64,000 bases of DNA from NCBI GenBank assembly GCA_027488735.1, contig JAIYBB010000002.1:11053-75052 (forward strand). Reading direction: 5' to 3'. Shown piece after piece: positions 29,929-42,600 of this stretch. How positions within the stretch are numbered: the stretch's first letter is position 1; every line of letters starts with the position of its first letter. The translations under genes and the position numbers were made by a program. The stretch comes from Comamonadaceae bacterium. GTDB taxonomy: Bacteria; Pseudomonadota; Gammaproteobacteria; Burkholderiales; Burkholderiaceae_C. The notes under the pieces are model-generated. The model had not been told where the DNA came from. It ran no database searches and saw nothing but the letters and a program-made list of their open reading frames with translations.

Positions 29929-30869
29929 ACCAGGCGGCATCTGACGACCACACACCGCGCTGGCGTCAACAGGCCGCGCTCTATTTGCACCTGATTCGCT
30001 GGAACCGTCCCGCCGGTTGGTTGCTGTTGTTGTGGCCGAGTTTGAGCGCCTTGTGGCTGGCCGCAGGTGGTTTTCCCGGTTGGCATTTGCTCATCGTGTT
30101 TGTGCTGGGCACGGTGCTCATGCGCAGCGCCGGTTGTTGTGTCAACGATGTGGCGGACCGCGAGTTTGACAAACACGTCAAGCGCACCGCCAACCGCCCG
30201 GTCACCTCGGGCGCTTTGTCTGTGCGCCAAGCGTTGACGGCGGGTGCAGTATTGGCCTTGTGTGCTTTCGGTTTGGTGCTGACCACCAATGCGGTGGCCG
30301 TGGTTTGGTCGTTCGCCGCTTTGGCTGTCACCTTGGCTTATCCCTATGCCAAACGGTTTGTTGCCATGCCGCAAGCGGTGCTCGGCATTGCGTTCAGTTT
30401 CGGCATTCCCATGGCGTTTGCCGCGGTCAACGGCGGTCCTCTCACGCCCATGGGTGTCTGGCAGGCGGTACCGCCGCTGGCCTGGGCCTTGTTAGTGATC
30501 AATATGTTTTGGGTGCTGGCCTATGACACCGAATACGCCATGGTGGACCGGGATGACGATCTGCGCATCGGCATGAAAACCTCGGCGATCACGCTGGGCA
30601 AATACGACGTGGCCGCCGTGATGGGTTTTTATATTGTTTATTTACTAGGCATGTTGTTGCTGCTCAAACCACTCAACCTGGGTTGGCCGCATTGGTTTTC
30701 GATTGAAATCGGCGCGGTACAGGCGTTTTGGCATTTCGGCATGATTTACAAACGCCAGCGCGAAGGCTGTTTTCGCGCCTTTCGCATGAACCATTGGTTG
30801 GGCGCGACCGTGTTCGCCGGTATTGCAGGCGGGCTGTATTTGAAAAACTTGGCCGCGCCTTTGGCTTAG
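29925..30869 (+). CDS. ubiA: 4-hydroxybenzoate polyprenyltransferase
   Basis: [19 protein letters not shown] and [13 protein letters not shown] aspartate-rich motifs, with multiple TM helices. ATGA overlap with oxyR. Confidence 0.9.
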   Translation: MNQAASDDHTPRWRQQAALYLHLIRWNRPAGWLLLLWPSLSALWLAAGGFPGWHLLIVFVLGTVLMRSAGCCVNDVADREFDKHVKRTANRPVTSGALSVRQALTAGAVLALCAFGLVLTTNAVAVVWSFAALAVTLAYPYAKRFVAMPQAVLGIAFSFGIPMAFAAVNGGPLTPMGVWQAVPPLAWALLVINMFWVLAYDTEYAMVDRDDDLRIGMKTSAITLGKYDVAAVMGFYIVYLLGMLLLLKPLNLGWPHWFSIEIGAVQAFWHFGMIYKRQREGCFRAFRMNHWLGATVFAGIAGGLYLKNLAAPLA

Positions 30870-30914
30870 ATTGGCTTGTCAGATCACACCCAAAAAGCGC
30901 AGTGAAAAAGAGGG

Positions 30915-31748
30915 CTAGGTTTGGTCAAACAGGTGGCCCATTTCAATGGAACGTTGGCGGGCGGCTTCCATCGCCTGTGCAATCAAACGTTCAATCTGGT
31001 GTTCTTGCATGCTGGTGATGGCGGCGTAAGTGGTGCCGCCTTTGGAGGTGACACGCTCGCGCAAAACCTCGGGTGACTCACTGCTGCTGCGAGCGAGTTC
31101 TGCCGCACCTGTGAATGTGCCCACCGCCAATTGCTGCGCTTGCTCAGGCGTCAAACCCATGCTGACCCCCGCCTTGGTCATGGCTTCGATGAAATAAAAC
31201 ACATAGGCTGGGCCCGAGCCCGACAAGGCAGTCACTGCGTCCAGCAGTTCCTCGCGCTCCACCCAAATCGATTGACCGACCGCTTGCATCAATGCTTGCA
31301 CTTGTTCGCGTTGTGAGGCGTTGACAGCCGGACCGGCATACAAACCGGTTTGCCCGAGTCCTACCAGGGCAGGCGTGTTGGGCATGGCCCTGACCACGCT
31401 TGGCGTGTCCAACCAGCGGCCAATACTGTCACTGCGCACACCGGCGGCCACGCTCACATGCATAGCTTGCGGGAACATGCCGTTCAACGACAAAGCGACT
31501 TGTTTGAATACCTGCGGCTTGATCGCCCAGACCACCATGCCAGAAGCGTTCAAAGCCGAGGTGGCTTGCTCATGGCATGTCACCCCTAAGTGCTGGCTTA
31601 AGTGTTCGCGCGTAGCGGCTGCAGGTTCAACCACATGAATCTGTGAAGCTGAAATGCCTTGTTTGAGCCAACCCGAGATCAAGGCCTGGGCCATATTGCC
31701 GCCGCCGATGAAAGTCATGGGCAGCAACGAGGAAAAAGTAGCGGTCAT
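30915..31748 (-). CDS. proC: Pyrroline-5-carboxylate reductase
   Basis: FIGGGNMAQALISG, RAMPNTPA.VG.G, SGSGPAYVF..IEA, V.S.GGTT. Start is ATG 31748. Confidence 0.93.
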   Translation of the reverse strand: MTATFSSLLPMTFIGGGNMAQALISGWLKQGISASQIHVVEPAAATREHLSQHLGVTCHEQATSALNASGMVVWAIKPQVFKQVALSLNGMFPQAMHVSVAAGVRSDSIGRWLDTPSVVRAMPNTPALVGLGQTGLYAGPAVNASQREQVQALMQAVGQSIWVEREELLDAVTALSGSGPAYVFYFIEAMTKAGVSMGLTPEQAQQLAVGTFTGAAELARSSSESPEVLRERVTSKGGTTYAAITSMQEHQIERLIAQAMEAARQRSIEMGHLFDQT

Positions 31749-31793
31749 GGTGAAAACCTGATTGAGGCAAAACGCACAAACGGTGATTGTCAA

Positions 31794-33275
31794 TCAATGT
31801 GCGATGGTTTGTCGCACCGCGCGTTCCCAGTCGGCCATTCTGCTGGTGGCTTCATCCCGCGACATGCGGGGTTCGAAACGCCGCTCTACCCGCCAATGCT
31901 GTGCCAATTCATGCGGGCTTTGGTAAATGCCTGCGCTCAAGCCTGCCAAATAGGCCGCACCCAGCGCCGTGGTCTCGATCACTTCGGGGCGCAAAACCGG
32001 AATGCCAAGCAAATCGGCTTGGAACTGCATCAGCAAATCGTTCACACAAGCGCCGCCATCGACCCGCAATTCGGTGACCGGTTGGGCGGCATCCCGGTTC
32101 ATGGCTTGCAACAGCGCAGTGCTTTGAAAAGCAATGCTCTCCAACGCTGCACGCGCAATGTGCGCCATGGTGGTGCCGCGCGACAAACCGACCATCGCGC
32201 CGCGCGCATCGGCTTGCCAATAAGGCGCACCCAAGCCGGTGAAGGCGGGTACCAGCACCACGCCGCCCGAGTCGGGCACGCTCTCGGCCATCGCCTGCAC
32301 ATCAGCACTTTGGTCAAAGGCGCGCAACCCATCGCGCAACCATTGCACCACCGCGCCGCCAATGAACACACTGCCTTCCAAGGCGAAGGCGGGTGTGCTG
32401 TCGGCCTGAGCCGCGCTGGTGGTGATCAAACCGTTGTGGCTGGTTTGATACTGCGCGCCGGTGTGCATCAACATAAAGCAACCCGTGCCATAAGTGTTTT
32501 TGGCTTGACCGGCGCTGAAACAAGCCTGCCCGAACAGCGCACTTTGCTGGTCACCGGCCACACCGCCGATGGGCAAGGCATGACCCAACCATTGGGCTTG
32601 CGTGTGACCGAAGTCGCTGGCCGAAGGGTGTACCCGGGGCAACACAGATGCAGGAATGTCGAGCAGTTGAAGCAACTCGTCATCCCATTGGTTGGTGTGT
32701 ATGTTGAACAGCATGGTGCGCGCCGCGTTGCTCACATCGGTGGCATGGACCGCGCCGCCGCTGAGTTGCCACATCAACCAACTGTCGACCGTGCCGAAAG
32801 CCAATTCACCGCGCTCGGCCATGGCGCGTGCGCCAGCGACGTTATTCAATATCCACTGCAATTTGGTGGCAGAGAAATACGCGTCTATCAATAAACCGGT
32901 TTTTTGCTGAACCACGGGCGAAGCGCCTTGTGCAATCAATGTTTGGCAAGCCGCTGCCGTGCGTCTGTCTTGCCAGACGATGGCCTTGTGAATGGCTTGG
33001 CCGGTGTCGCGCCGCCAAACCACCGTGGTTTCGCGCTGGTTGGTGATGCCGAGACTGGCGATATCGCCGGCGCTGATGCCCGCTTGTTGCAGGGCTTGGC
33101 GGGCGGTGGCGAGTTGGCTGGCCCAGATTTCCTGCGGGTCGTGCTCCACCCAGCCGGGTTGCGGGAAAATTTGGGTCAAAGCCTGTTGCGCCATGGCGAC
33201 GACCGAGCCGTCAGGGCGAAAAATCACCGTGCGAGAACTGGATGTTCCCTGGTCCATGGCCATTAAATACTTCAT
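31794..33275 (-). CDS. glpK: Glycerol kinase
   Basis: [42 protein letters not shown]...N..LMQFQAD. Start is ATG 33275. Confidence 0.95.
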   Translation of the reverse strand: MKYLMAMDQGTSSSRTVIFRPDGSVVAMAQQALTQIFPQPGWVEHDPQEIWASQLATARQALQQAGISAGDIASLGITNQRETTVVWRRDTGQAIHKAIVWQDRRTAAACQTLIAQGASPVVQQKTGLLIDAYFSATKLQWILNNVAGARAMAERGELAFGTVDSWLMWQLSGGAVHATDVSNAARTMLFNIHTNQWDDELLQLLDIPASVLPRVHPSASDFGHTQAQWLGHALPIGGVAGDQQSALFGQACFSAGQAKNTYGTGCFMLMHTGAQYQTSHNGLITTSAAQADSTPAFALEGSVFIGGAVVQWLRDGLRAFDQSADVQAMAESVPDSGGVVLVPAFTGLGAPYWQADARGAMVGLSRGTTMAHIARAALESIAFQSTALLQAMNRDAAQPVTELRVDGGACVNDLLMQFQADLLGIPVLRPEVIETTALGAAYLAGLSAGIYQSPHELAQHWRVERRFEPRMSRDEATSRMADWERAVRQTIAH

Positions 33276-33496
33276 AAGTACTCTTTCCGGTGTGAATTGG
33301 ACAGTCTTAGAAAAAATTTCCCAAACCCGATACAAACTATGCCATAATTGAGGGCTCAGCTTTTCAAACAGCTGGGAAATCACGCCCAAACAAATGCGCC
33401 GCAAATGGTTTGCTGTGCAGATGACGGGCCCAAGACTGATCGAGCAAGGTCAACCTTTTCGGGTTGTTCAGGTTTGATACAAGTTGGGAAACAGAA

Positions 33497-33865
33497 ATGA
33501 TCCAGACAGAATCCAGATTAGAGGTCGCCGACAACACCGGTGCGAAGTCCGTTTTGTGCATCAAGGTGCTCGGCGGTTCCAAGCGTCGTTATGCCAGCGT
33601 GGGCGACATCATCAAAGTAAGTATCAAAGAGGCTGCGCCTCGCGGTCGCGTCAAAAAAGGCGAGATCTACAGCGCCGTGGTGGTTCGCACCGCCAAGGGC
33701 ATCCGCCGCAGCGATGGTTCGTTGGTCAAGTTTGACGGCAATGCAGCCGTTTTGCTCAACGCCAAACTCGAGCCTATTGGCACCCGCATCTTCGGACCGG
33801 TCACGCGTGAATTGCGTACCGAGCGCTTCATGAAGATCGTTTCTCTGGCCCCTGAAGTTCTCTGA
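33497..33865 (+). CDS. rplN: 50S ribosomal protein L14
   Basis: [17 protein letters not shown]...; 122 aa. Confidence 0.97.
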   Translation: MIQTESRLEVADNTGAKSVLCIKVLGGSKRRYASVGDIIKVSIKEAAPRGRVKKGEIYSAVVVRTAKGIRRSDGSLVKFDGNAAVLLNAKLEPIGTRIFGPVTRELRTERFMKIVSLAPEVL

Positions 33866-33875
33866 GGACCTGACC

Positions 33876-34196
33876 ATGAACAAATTACGCAAAGGCGACG
33901 AGGTCATCGTCATCGCAGGTCGCGACAAAGGCAAGCGCGGCAAAATAGCATCGCGCCAAGATGACTCACATCTGTTGGTCGAAGGCATCAATTTGGTGAA
34001 AAAGCACACCAAGCCCAACCCCATGGCTGGCACCACTGGCGGCATCGTTGAAAAAACCATGCCTATTCACCAGTCCAATGTCGCCATTTACAACGCCACC
34101 TCCGGCAAAGCCGATCGCGTGGGCATCAAGATCAATTCCGATGGTTCGAAGGTTCGCGTCTTCAAGTCCAACGGTGAAGCTATCAAGGTTGCATAA
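33876..34196 (+). CDS. rplX: 50S ribosomal protein L24
   Basis: [22 protein letters not shown]...; position in the spc operon. Confidence 0.97.
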   Translation: MNKLRKGDEVIVIAGRDKGKRGKIASRQDDSHLLVEGINLVKKHTKPNPMAGTTGGIVEKTMPIHQSNVAIYNATSGKADRVGIKINSDGSKVRVFKSNGEAIKVA

Positions 34197-34198
34197 AC

Positions 34199-34738
34199 AT
34201 GGCACGTCTCCAACAACACTATCGTGAAAAAGTGGTCCCCGATTTGACCGCCAAGTTTGGCTACAAATCGCCCATGCAAGTGCCTCGTCTGACAAAAATC
34301 ACCTTGAATATGGGTGTTTCAGAAGCGGTGGCTGACAAGAAAGTCATGGACCATGCGGTGGGTGACATGGGCAAAATTTCCGGTCAAAAACCTGTGGTGA
34401 CCAAGGCGCGCAAAGCGATCGCCGGTTTCAAAATTCGTGAGCAACAAGCCATTGGCTGTATGGTCACATTGCGTGGTGTGCGCATGTATGAATTCCTCGA
34501 CCGTTTCGTTACCGTGGCTTTGCCCCGAGTGCGTGACTTCCGTGGTATCTCCGGCCGTGCATTTGACGGTCGTGGCAACTACAACATCGGTGTGAAAGAG
34601 CAAATCATCTTCCCCGAAATCGAGTATGACAAAGTTGATGCCCTGCGCGGTCTCAATATCAGCATCACCACCACGGCCAAGACCGACGAAGAGTGCAAAG
34701 CACTGCTCGCCGCTTTCCGTTTCCCGTTCAAGAACTGA
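34199..34738 (+). CDS. rplE: 50S ribosomal protein L5
   Basis: [16 protein letters not shown]...; 179 aa. Confidence 0.97.
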   Translation: MARLQQHYREKVVPDLTAKFGYKSPMQVPRLTKITLNMGVSEAVADKKVMDHAVGDMGKISGQKPVVTKARKAIAGFKIREQQAIGCMVTLRGVRMYEFLDRFVTVALPRVRDFRGISGRAFDGRGNYNIGVKEQIIFPEIEYDKVDALRGLNISITTTAKTDEECKALLAAFRFPFKN

Positions 34739-34746
34739 GGTGTCCT

Positions 34747-35052
34747 GTGGCTAAAGTAGCTTTGATCGAGCGCGAGCTCAAGCGTGACAAACTGGTCGCC
34801 AAGTACGCGAAAAAACACGCGGAACTGAAAGCGATTTCTACCGACTTCAAGCGCAGCGACGAAGAGCGCGCAGCAGCCCGCCTGGAGCTGCAAAAGTTGC
34901 CACGCAACGCCAATCCGACACGTCAGCGCAACCGTTGCGCTATCACCGGTCGCCCTCGTGGCACCTTCCGTCAATTTGGTTTGGGTCGCGCCAAGATCCG
35001 TGAAATGGCCTTCGCAGGCAATATTCCCGGCATCACCAAAGCCAGCTGGTAA
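34747..35052 (+). CDS. rpsN: 30S ribosomal protein S14
   Basis: GTG 34747. (M)[12 protein letters not shown]...[11 protein letters not shown]...KASW; 101 aa. Confidence 0.95.
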   Translation: MAKVALIERELKRDKLVAKYAKKHAELKAISTDFKRSDEERAAARLELQKLPRNANPTRQRNRCAITGRPRGTFRQFGLGRAKIREMAFAGNIPGITKASW

Positions 35053-35072
35053 GCAGGCAGGAGAAATTCAAT

Positions 35073-35468
35073 ATGAGCATGAGTGATCCCATTGCCGACC
35101 TGTTGACGCGTATTCGTAACGCGCAGATGGTGGCCAAGCCGACCGTGTCGGTGCCATCGTCCAAGGTCAAAATTGCCATTGTCCAAGTGTTGAAAGACGA
35201 GGGCTATATCGATGGCTTCCGCGTCAAAACCGACGACGGCAAATCCGAATTGGAAATTTCCCTGAAATATTACGCAGGCCGTCCCGTGATCGAGCGCATT
35301 GAGCGCGTGTCACGTCCTGGTTTGCGTGTTTACAAGGGACACAACGCCATTCCGCAAGTCATGAACGGTCTGGGTGTGGCGATTGTCACCACCCCCAAAG
35401 GTGTCATGACCGATCGCAGAGCACGCGCCACTGGCGTGGGCGGCGAAGTTCTTTGCTACGTGGCTTAA
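35073..35468 (+). CDS. rpsH: 30S ribosomal protein S8
   Basis: [17 protein letters not shown]... Confidence 0.97.
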   Translation: MSMSDPIADLLTRIRNAQMVAKPTVSVPSSKVKIAIVQVLKDEGYIDGFRVKTDDGKSELEISLKYYAGRPVIERIERVSRPGLRVYKGHNAIPQVMNGLGVAIVTTPKGVMTDRRARATGVGGEVLCYVA

Positions 35469-35481
35469 GGGAGAAACACAG

Positions 35482-36015
35482 ATGTCCCGCGTTGCCAAAA
35501 TGCCCGTCACCGTCCCCGCAGGAGTGGACGTGACCATGAATGAACAGCACATCAGCGTCAAAGGCGCTGGTGGTCAACTCTCTGTCGCCAACAATGCGTT
35601 GGTCAAAGTCGCGCGTCAAGCCGACACCCTCACGTTTGAAGCCGCCAACGAAAGCCGCGAAGCCAATGCCATGAGTGGCACCCTTCGTCAATTGGTCAAT
35701 AACATGGTGGTTGGCGTCACCAAAGGCTTTGAGAAAAAGCTCAACTTGGTTGGCGTGGGCTACAAAGCCGCTGCACAAGGTGCCAAATTGAACCTGGCCG
35801 TCGGCTACTCGCACCCTGTCAATATTGATATGCCCTCTGGTATCAAGGTCGAAACACCGACACCTACAGAGGTCATCATCAAAGGTGCAGACCGCCAACG
35901 TGTGGGTCAAATCGCCGCTGAAATTCGCGCTGTTCGTCCACCTGAGCCTTACAAAGGCAAAGGTATCCGCTATTCGGACGAAAAGATCACGATCAAAGAG
36001 ACCAAGAAGAAATAA
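35482..36015 (+). CDS. rplF: 50S ribosomal protein L6
   Basis: [17 protein letters not shown]...[11 protein letters not shown]. Confidence 0.97.
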   Translation: MSRVAKMPVTVPAGVDVTMNEQHISVKGAGGQLSVANNALVKVARQADTLTFEAANESREANAMSGTLRQLVNNMVVGVTKGFEKKLNLVGVGYKAAAQGAKLNLAVGYSHPVNIDMPSGIKVETPTPTEVIIKGADRQRVGQIAAEIRAVRPPEPYKGKGIRYSDEKITIKETKKK

Positions 36016-36026
36016 GGAGCTGCCAC

Positions 36027-36392
36027 ATGCTAAGCAAAAAACAGCAGCGTCTGCGTCGCTCGCGTCAAACCCGTATCCGTATCGCCACGCAAGGCGTTGC
36101 GCGTTTGATGGTCAATCGCACCAACTTACATATTTATGCCAGCGTTATTTCCGGCGACGGCACCAAGGTCATTGCCTCTGCCTCCACAGCCGAAGCCGAT
36201 GTTCGCAAGAGCTTGGGCGCTGTGGGCAAAGGCGGTAACCAAGCCGCCGCAGAAGTGATCGGCAAGCGCATCGCTGAAAAAGCCAAAGCTGCCGGCGTTG
36301 AAAAAGTCGCTTTCGACCGTTCAGGCTTCGCCTACCACGGTCGTGTCAAAACATTGGCAGATGCCGCGCGCGCTGCCGGCCTGCAGTTCTAA
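36027..36392 (+). CDS. rplR: 50S ribosomal protein L18
   Basis: ...[16 protein letters not shown]...[23 protein letters not shown]. Confidence 0.97.
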   Translation: MLSKKQQRLRRSRQTRIRIATQGVARLMVNRTNLHIYASVISGDGTKVIASASTAEADVRKSLGAVGKGGNQAAAEVIGKRIAEKAKAAGVEKVAFDRSGFAYHGRVKTLADAARAAGLQF

Positions 36393-36410
36393 CAGTCACG
36401 GATACACAAC

Positions 36411-36929
36411 ATGGCAAAAGTTCAAGCAAAAATGCAAGACGACAGTCGTGACGACGGTCTGAAGGAAAAAATGATCGCGGTCAACCGCGTCACCAAAGTG
36501 GTCAAGGGCGGTCGAATTCTCGGCTTCGCTGCACTCACAGTGGTTGGCGACGGCGACGGTCGCGTCGGCATGGGCAAAGGCAAATCCAAAGAAGTGCCTG
36601 CTGCGGTGCAAAAGGCCATGGAAGAGGCCCGCCGCAACATGCACAAAGTGTCATTGAAAAACGGCACCATCCACCACAACGTCACTGGCCACCACGGTGC
36701 AGCCAATGTGCAAATGGCGCCAGCCCCCAAAGGTACCGGCATCATTGCGGGCGGTCCTATGCGTGCGGTGTTCGAAGTCATGGGCATCACAGACATCGTG
36801 GCCAAGAGCCATGGTTCATCCAACCCGTACAACATGGTGCGTGCCACGTTGGATGCATTGATCAAATCCACCACAGCCTCCGAAGTGGCGGCCAAACGTG
36901 GCAAGAGCGTCGAAGATCTCTTCGTCTAA
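36411..36929 (+). CDS. rpsE: 30S ribosomal protein S5
   Basis: ...[38 protein letters not shown]. Confidence 0.97.
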   Translation: MAKVQAKMQDDSRDDGLKEKMIAVNRVTKVVKGGRILGFAALTVVGDGDGRVGMGKGKSKEVPAAVQKAMEEARRNMHKVSLKNGTIHHNVTGHHGAANVQMAPAPKGTGIIAGGPMRAVFEVMGITDIVAKSHGSSNPYNMVRATLDALIKSTTASEVAAKRGKSVEDLFV

Positions 36930-36944
36930 TCCGGGAGCAGCGAC

Positions 36945-37130
36945 ATGACCATATCTACTTCAACCGTCAAGGTGCAATTGGTGCGTAGCCCCATCGGCAC
37001 CAAAGAGTCCCACCGCGCCACAGTGCGTGGTTTGGGTTTGCGCAAAATCGGCAGCACCAGCGAATTGCAGGACACACCTGCGGTGCGCGGCATGATCAAC
37101 AAGATCAGCTACCTGGTCAAAGTTCTCTAA
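36945..37130 (+). CDS. rpmD: 50S ribosomal protein L30
   Basis: 61 aa; [11 protein letters not shown]...TVRGLGLRK. Confidence 0.95.
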   Translation: MTISTSTVKVQLVRSPIGTKESHRATVRGLGLRKIGSTSELQDTPAVRGMINKISYLVKVL

Positions 37131-37141
37131 AGGCCACAGCC

Positions 37142-37573
37142 ATGCAACTCAACGAAATCAAGCCCGCAGACGGCTCTCGCAAAAACCGCCGCCGTGTTGG
37201 CCGCGGTATCGGCTCCGGTCTGGGTAAAACCGCAGGTCGCGGCCATAAAGGTCAAAAGTCCCGTTCAGGCGGCTACCACAAGGTGGGCTTTGAAGGCGGT
37301 CAAATGCCTTTGCAACGTCGCTTGCCCAAGCGCGGTTTCAAGTCACGCACCTTGCGTTACAACGAAGAAGTCACTTTGGCTTCATTGCAAACTTTGCAAG
37401 CCACAGACATTGACATGCTGACCTTGAAAACCGCTGGCCTCATCAGCCAAATGGCCAAAGTGGTCAAAGTCATCAAGACTGGCGAGATTTCCCGCGCGGT
37501 CAAATTGAACGGCATTGGTGCCACAGCAGCAGCCAAGTCGGCCATTGAAGCCGCTGGCGGCTCGATCGCTTAA
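37142..37573 (+). CDS. rplO: 50S ribosomal protein L15
   Basis: [43 protein letters not shown]. Confidence 0.97.
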   Translation: MQLNEIKPADGSRKNRRRVGRGIGSGLGKTAGRGHKGQKSRSGGYHKVGFEGGQMPLQRRLPKRGFKSRTLRYNEEVTLASLQTLQATDIDMLTLKTAGLISQMAKVVKVIKTGEISRAVKLNGIGATAAAKSAIEAAGGSIA

Positions 37574-37590
37574 AGACAAGGAAGAAGCAA

Positions 37591-38907
37591 TTGGCAATCG
37601 GTTCAAGCACAGTCAAATCAGACAAGTACGGAGACTTGCGTCGCCGGCTCGTCTTTTTGCTGCTCGCGCTGGTGGTGTATCGCCTTGGCACGCACATTCC
37701 CGTGCCGGGCATTGATCCCAACCAATTGCAACAACTCTTCAAGGGACAAGAAGGCGGCATTCTCAACCTGTTCAATATGTTTTCAGGTGGGGCTTTGTCG
37801 CGTTTCAGTATTTTTGCGCTCGGCATCATGCCTTACATCTCTGCGTCGATCATCATTCAGCTGATGTCGTATGTGGTGCCCAGCATGGAAGCCTTGAAAA
37901 AAGAGGGCGAAGCGGGCCGCCGAAAAATCACCCAATACACACGCTACAGCACGCTGGGTTTGGCTGTGTTCCAGTCCTTAGGCATTGCTGTGGCGCTGGA
38001 ATCTTCTGCCGGTCTGGTCAATGTCCCGGGCATCGGTTTTCGAGTCACCGCCATGGTGTCACTCACTGCTGGCACCATGTTTTTGATGTGGCTGGGCGAA
38101 CAAATCACCGAGCGTGGATTAGGCAACGGTATTTCCATCATCATTTTTGCAGGCATTGCAGCCGGCTTGCCGCAGTCTATCGGTGGCTTGCTGGAATTGG
38201 TCCGAACAGGCGCCATGAGCATCATTGTTTCCTTGCTGATTGTTCTCTTGGTGGCTGCTATCACTTACTTTGTGGTGTATGTGGAGCGTGGCCAGCGAAA
38301 AATTTTGGTCAACTACGCGCGCCGACAAGTCGGCAATAAAGTCTATGGCGGGCAGTCTTCACATCTGCCGCTCAAGCTCAATATGTCGGGTGTGATCCCG
38401 CCTATTTTTGCGTCTTCTATCATTTTGTTGCCCTCGACCATCGTCAGTTGGTTCAGCGCAGGCTCCAGCCTCAACTGGCTCAAAGACATCTCCGCTGCCC
38501 TGTCTCCTGGCCAGCCGCTCTACATCTTGTTGTATGCCGTAGCGATCATCTTTTTCTGTTTCTTCTACACAGCATTGGTATTCAATAGCCGTGAAACAGC
38601 TGACAATTTGAAAAAGAGCGGCGGCTTCATTCCCGGCATTCGTCCCGGTGACCAAACCGCTAAGTTCATTGACAAAATTTTGTTGCGATTGACGCTTGCA
38701 GGCGCGATCTACATCACCTTTGTCTGTTTGATTCCCGAGTTCCTGATCCTCAAGTACAACGTGCCGTTCTATTTCGGCGGTACGTCTTTGCTGATTATTG
38801 TGGTGGTCACCATGGATTTCATGGCGCAAGTGCAAAACTACCTCATGAGTCAGCAGTACGAATCGTTGCTCAAAAAGGCCAACTTCAAGATGGCTCCAGG
38901 TGGCTGA
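37591..38907 (+). CDS. secY: Preprotein translocase subunit SecY
   Basis: TTG start after [33 protein letters not shown], ten TM helices, 438 aa. Confidence 0.95.
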   Translation: MAIGSSTVKSDKYGDLRRRLVFLLLALVVYRLGTHIPVPGIDPNQLQQLFKGQEGGILNLFNMFSGGALSRFSIFALGIMPYISASIIIQLMSYVVPSMEALKKEGEAGRRKITQYTRYSTLGLAVFQSLGIAVALESSAGLVNVPGIGFRVTAMVSLTAGTMFLMWLGEQITERGLGNGISIIIFAGIAAGLPQSIGGLLELVRTGAMSIIVSLLIVLLVAAITYFVVYVERGQRKILVNYARRQVGNKVYGGQSSHLPLKLNMSGVIPPIFASSIILLPSTIVSWFSAGSSLNWLKDISAALSPGQPLYILLYAVAIIFFCFFYTALVFNSRETADNLKKSGGFIPGIRPGDQTAKFIDKILLRLTLAGAIYITFVCLIPEFLILKYNVPFYFGGTSLLIIVVVTMDFMAQVQNYLMSQQYESLLKKANFKMAPGG

Positions 38908-38915
38908 TTGGGCGC

Positions 38916-39134
38916 ATGGCGAAGGACGACGTCATCCAGATGCAAGGCGAGGTTGTTGAAAACCTCCCCAACGCAACTTTCCGGGTCAAACTGGAAAATG
39001 GACACGTGGTGCTCGGACACATATCCGGCAAGATGCGAATGCACTACATCCGCATCCTGCCGGGAGACAAAGTGACAGTGGAAATGACGCCCTACGATTT
39101 AACCAGGGCAAGAATTGTGTTCCGCGCCAAGTGA
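38916..39134 (+). CDS. infA: Translation initiation factor IF-1
   Basis: [40 protein letters not shown]...; 72 aa. Confidence 0.97.
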   Translation: MAKDDVIQMQGEVVENLPNATFRVKLENGHVVLGHISGKMRMHYIRILPGDKVTVEMTPYDLTRARIVFRAK

Positions 39135-39199
39135 GGCGTTGAACGAAAGAGTTTGTTGGGATACGCAAGGTGCGTGTCCCTGGTTTTTAGGAGAATGAA

Positions 39200-39313
39200 A
39201 TGAAAGTTTCGGCTTCGGTCAAAACAATTTGCCGCAACTGCAAGATCATCCGCCGCAAGGGCGTGGTGCGGGTCATCTGTACCGACCCGCGTCACAAACA
39301 GCGTCAAGGCTGA
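39200..39313 (+). CDS. rpmJ: 50S ribosomal protein L36
   Basis: Read by hand, below the ORF-track cut-off: [45 protein letters not shown] is upstream. Confidence 0.93.
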   Translation: MKVSASVKTICRNCKIIRRKGVVRVICTDPRHKQRQG

Positions 39314-39340
39314 TCGAACAACGCATTCAAGAGGTTACTC

Positions 39341-39706
39341 ATGGCACGTATCGCTGGTATCAATATTCCGCCCCATAAGCACACTGAAATCGGTTTGACA
39401 TCGATCTTCGGTATCGGCCGCACCCGCGCACGCAAAATTTGCGAAGCATGCGGTATCGACTATGCGAAAAAAATCAAAGATTTGTCAGATGCTGACTTAG
39501 AAAAAATCCGCGATCAAATTGCTCACTTCACCATTGAAGGTGATTTGCGCCGTGAAACCACCATGAACATCAAGCGTTTGATGGACATTGGTTGTTACCG
39601 TGGTTTCCGCCATCGCCGTGGTTTGCCCATGCGTGGTCAGCGTACCCGTACCAATGCACGTACCCGCAAAGGCCCCCGCAAGGCGGCTCAATCGCTGAAG
39701 AAATAA
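39341..39706 (+). CDS. rpsM: 30S ribosomal protein S13
   Basis: [26 protein letters not shown]... Confidence 0.97.
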   Translation: MARIAGINIPPHKHTEIGLTSIFGIGRTRARKICEACGIDYAKKIKDLSDADLEKIRDQIAHFTIEGDLRRETTMNIKRLMDIGCYRGFRHRRGLPMRGQRTRTNARTRKGPRKAAQSLKK

Positions 39707-39718
39707 AGAGGGACCTCC

Positions 39719-40123
39719 ATGGCAAAAGCACCCGTCAACTCAGCCGCACAACGCGTGCGCAAAAAAGTCCGCAAAAATGTGGCGGATGGCATTGCACACG
39801 TGCATGCTTCATTCAACAACACCATCATCACCATCACCGATCGCCAAGGCAATGCGTTGTCATGGGCATCGTCAGGTGGTCAAGGTTTCAAGGGCTCACG
39901 CAAGTCCACACCGTTTGCCGCTCAGGTGGCTTCCGAAGTGGCCGGCCGTGCAGCCATGGATCAGGGCATCAAGAACCTCGACGTCGAAATCAAAGGACCC
40001 GGCCCCGGCCGCGAGTCTTCAGTTCGTGCGTTAGCAGCTCTGGGCATCCGCATCAATTCCATTTCTGATGTGACGCCGGTTCCTCACAACGGATGCCGTC
40101 CGCAAAAGCGCCGTCGCATCTGA
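39719..40123 (+). CDS. rpsK: 30S ribosomal protein S11
   Basis: ...[30 protein letters not shown]...PHNGCRP.KRRR. Confidence 0.97.
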   Translation: MAKAPVNSAAQRVRKKVRKNVADGIAHVHASFNNTIITITDRQGNALSWASSGGQGFKGSRKSTPFAAQVASEVAGRAAMDQGIKNLDVEIKGPGPGRESSVRALAALGIRINSISDVTPVPHNGCRPQKRRRI

Positions 40124-40207
40124 TTTCAACCAAGCCCACCGCCGTTGTTGCAAGCAGCTACGGCTCCCCGTTTTCATTAACGGGCAGATGACAAAAAGGA
40201 AGTTCAA

Positions 40208-40831
40208 GTGGCACGTTACTTAGGCCCCAAGGCCAAACTCTCACGCCGGGAAGGCACCGACTTGTTTTTGAAGAGCGCACGCCGCTCTATCGCCGACAAG
40301 TCCAAGTTCGACAGCAAGCCCGGACAGCATGGCCGTACCTCTGGTCAGCGCATGTCTGACTTCGGTTTGCAATTGCGCGAAAAACAAAAAGTCAAACGCA
40401 TGTACGGCGTGTTAGAGCGTCAGTTCCGCCGCTACTTTGCCATGGCTGACCAACAAAAAGGCAACACCGGCTCTAACCTGCTCTCATTGCTTGAGTCACG
40501 TTTAGACAATGTGGTGTACCGCATGGGCTTTGGTTCTACCCGTGCCGAGGCGCGCCAGTTGGTTTCTCACAAAGCCATCACGGTCAATGGCCATTCGGTC
40601 AACATTCCTTCCTACTTGGTCAAGGCGGGTGACGTCGTCAGCGTGCGTGAAAAATCCAAAAAACAAGGACGCGTGCTCGAAGCTTTGCAATTGGCCACTC
40701 AGGTGGGCATGCCAGCTTGGGTCGATGTCAATATCGACAAAGCCGAAGGTGTTTTCAAGAAAGCACCTGACCGTGACGAATTTGCGGCTGACATCAACGA
40801 ATCATTGATCGTTGAGTTGTATTCGCGTTAA
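40208..40831 (+). CDS. rpsD: 30S ribosomal protein S4
   Basis: GTG start; (M)[22 protein letters not shown]...; 207 aa. Confidence 0.97.
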   Translation: MARYLGPKAKLSRREGTDLFLKSARRSIADKSKFDSKPGQHGRTSGQRMSDFGLQLREKQKVKRMYGVLERQFRRYFAMADQQKGNTGSNLLSLLESRLDNVVYRMGFGSTRAEARQLVSHKAITVNGHSVNIPSYLVKAGDVVSVREKSKKQGRVLEALQLATQVGMPAWVDVNIDKAEGVFKKAPDRDEFAADINESLIVELYSR

Positions 40832-40940
40832 CCGAGGCATCGCCGCCTCCTGAATCCGCCGCTTCGCATACTTTTATGCGGAGGTCATCATCTAGCCTTA
40901 CCGGTGTAACGAACCGAGGGCACTGAGAGGAAAAAAACGA

Positions 40941-41936
40941 ATGCAAACAAATCTTTTAAAGCCCAAAGCCATACAGGTTGAACAACTCGGCCACAACAAA
41001 TCCAAAGTCACACTCGAACCTTTTGAGCGCGGTTACGGACATACATTGGGTAACGCATTGCGCCGTGTGCTGCTGTCGTCCATGGTCGGCTATGCAGTCA
41101 CCGATGTCACCATCGCAGGCGTGTTGCATGAATACTCATCCATTGACGGCGTGCAAGAAGACGTGGTCAACATTTTGTTGAACCTCAAAGGCGTGGTCTT
41201 CAAACTGCACAACCGTGACGAAGTCACGCTCAGCTTGCGCAAAGACGGTGAAGGTCAAGTCACAGCAGCAGACATACAAACACCGCACGACGTGGAAATC
41301 ATCAACTCCGGACATGTGATTGCCAATTTGTCGCACGGCGGCAAAATCGACATTCAATTGAAAGTTGAAAAAGGCCGTGGTTATGTGCCCGGCTCTATGC
41401 GCCGTCATGCTGACGAAGTCAACAAATCCATCGGCCGCATTGTGCTGGACGCTTCTTTCTCACCGGTCAAGCGCGTGAGCTACAGCGTTGAAAACGCCCG
41501 CGTAGAACAGCGCACCGACTTAGACCGTTTGGTGGTTGAAATCGAAACCAATGGCGCTATCACCGCAGAAGATGCTGTGCGTTCATCCGCCAAAATTTTG
41601 GTTGAGCAATTGGCCGTGTTTGCGCAATTGGAAGGCGCCGAACTGCCAGATTTTGATTCAGCTCCCCCACGCTCTGGCACACCGGTTGACCCGATTTTGC
41701 TGCGCCCCGTGGACGAACTCGAACTCACAGTTCGCTCTGCGAATTGCCTCAAAGCAGAAAACATTTTCTACATTGGCGATTTGATTCAGCGCACCGAAAA
41801 CGAATTGCTCAAGACGCCAAACCTGGGCCGCAAATCTTTGAACGAAATCAAAGAAGTGTTGGCTTCACGCGGTTTGACTTTGGGTATGAAACTCGAAGGC
41901 TGGCCGCCCAGCGGCTTGGAAGCCAAGCGTATTTAA
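40941..41936 (+). CDS. rpoA: DNA-directed RNA polymerase subunit alpha
   Basis: ...[24 protein letters not shown]...; C-terminal domain [24 protein letters not shown]. Confidence 0.97.
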   Translation: MQTNLLKPKAIQVEQLGHNKSKVTLEPFERGYGHTLGNALRRVLLSSMVGYAVTDVTIAGVLHEYSSIDGVQEDVVNILLNLKGVVFKLHNRDEVTLSLRKDGEGQVTAADIQTPHDVEIINSGHVIANLSHGGKIDIQLKVEKGRGYVPGSMRRHADEVNKSIGRIVLDASFSPVKRVSYSVENARVEQRTDLDRLVVEIETNGAITAEDAVRSSAKILVEQLAVFAQLEGAELPDFDSAPPRSGTPVDPILLRPVDELELTVRSANCLKAENIFYIGDLIQRTENELLKTPNLGRKSLNEIKEVLASRGLTLGMKLEGWPPSGLEAKRI

Positions 41937-42020
41937 AACAAAACAGAGCGGTGTTCACACCGCCTCCCCTGGCCGTACCTGATACGGCGGCCGGCAAAAC
42001 AACGTCACAAAGGAAAAATC

Positions 42021-42410
42021 ATGCGTCACGGACACGGACTTCGCAAACTCAACCGCACCAGCTCACACCGACTGGCCATGTTGCAAAACATGATGAACTC
42101 GTTGATCGAACACGAAGTCATCAAAACCACACTGCCTAAAGCCAAAGAGCTGCGTCGCGTCATTGAGCCTATGCTCACACTCGGCAAAGAGCCCACGCTC
42201 TCCAACAAGCGTTTGGCCTTCAACCGCTTGCGTAACCGCGACAACGTCGTCAAGTTGTTTGCAGAGTTAGGCCCACGCTACAAAACACGTCCAGGCGGCT
42301 ACACACGCATTTTGAAGATGGGTTACCGCGTCGGTGACAACGCACCGATGGCCTTGGTCGAGTTGGTTGACCGCCCAGAAGTGCAAGACACACCCGCTGC
42401 AAGCGAATAA
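42021..42410 (+). CDS. rplQ: 50S ribosomal protein L17
   Basis: [24 protein letters not shown]... Confidence 0.97.
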   Translation: MRHGHGLRKLNRTSSHRLAMLQNMMNSLIEHEVIKTTLPKAKELRRVIEPMLTLGKEPTLSNKRLAFNRLRNRDNVVKLFAELGPRYKTRPGGYTRILKMGYRVGDNAPMALVELVDRPEVQDTPAASE

Positions 42411-42431
42411 CAGTTACAATGAAGAACACGA

Positions 42432-42508
<77 letters not shown>

Positions 42509-42516
42509 AATACACG

Positions 42517-42540
42517 ACGCCCACTTTCAGTGGGCGTTTT
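42517..42540 (+). terminator. Rho-independent terminator after tRNA-fMet
   Basis: ACGCCCACT-TTC-AGTGGGCGT followed by TTT. The hairpin core is repeated at 42554-42573 without a T-run. Confidence 0.7.
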
Positions 42541-42600
42541 GCATTGAATCAGGGCCCACTTTCAGTGGGCGTTGCGTGGAACAAGCCATTCACAAACCCC

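Noticed and set aside
31659-32894. 411-aa ORF on the plus strand
   Set aside because: It is fully antisense to glpK. It is Arg/Gly/Ala/His-rich, as is typical of shadow frames in GC-rich DNA. glpK on the other strand has unmistakable glycerol-kinase motifs.
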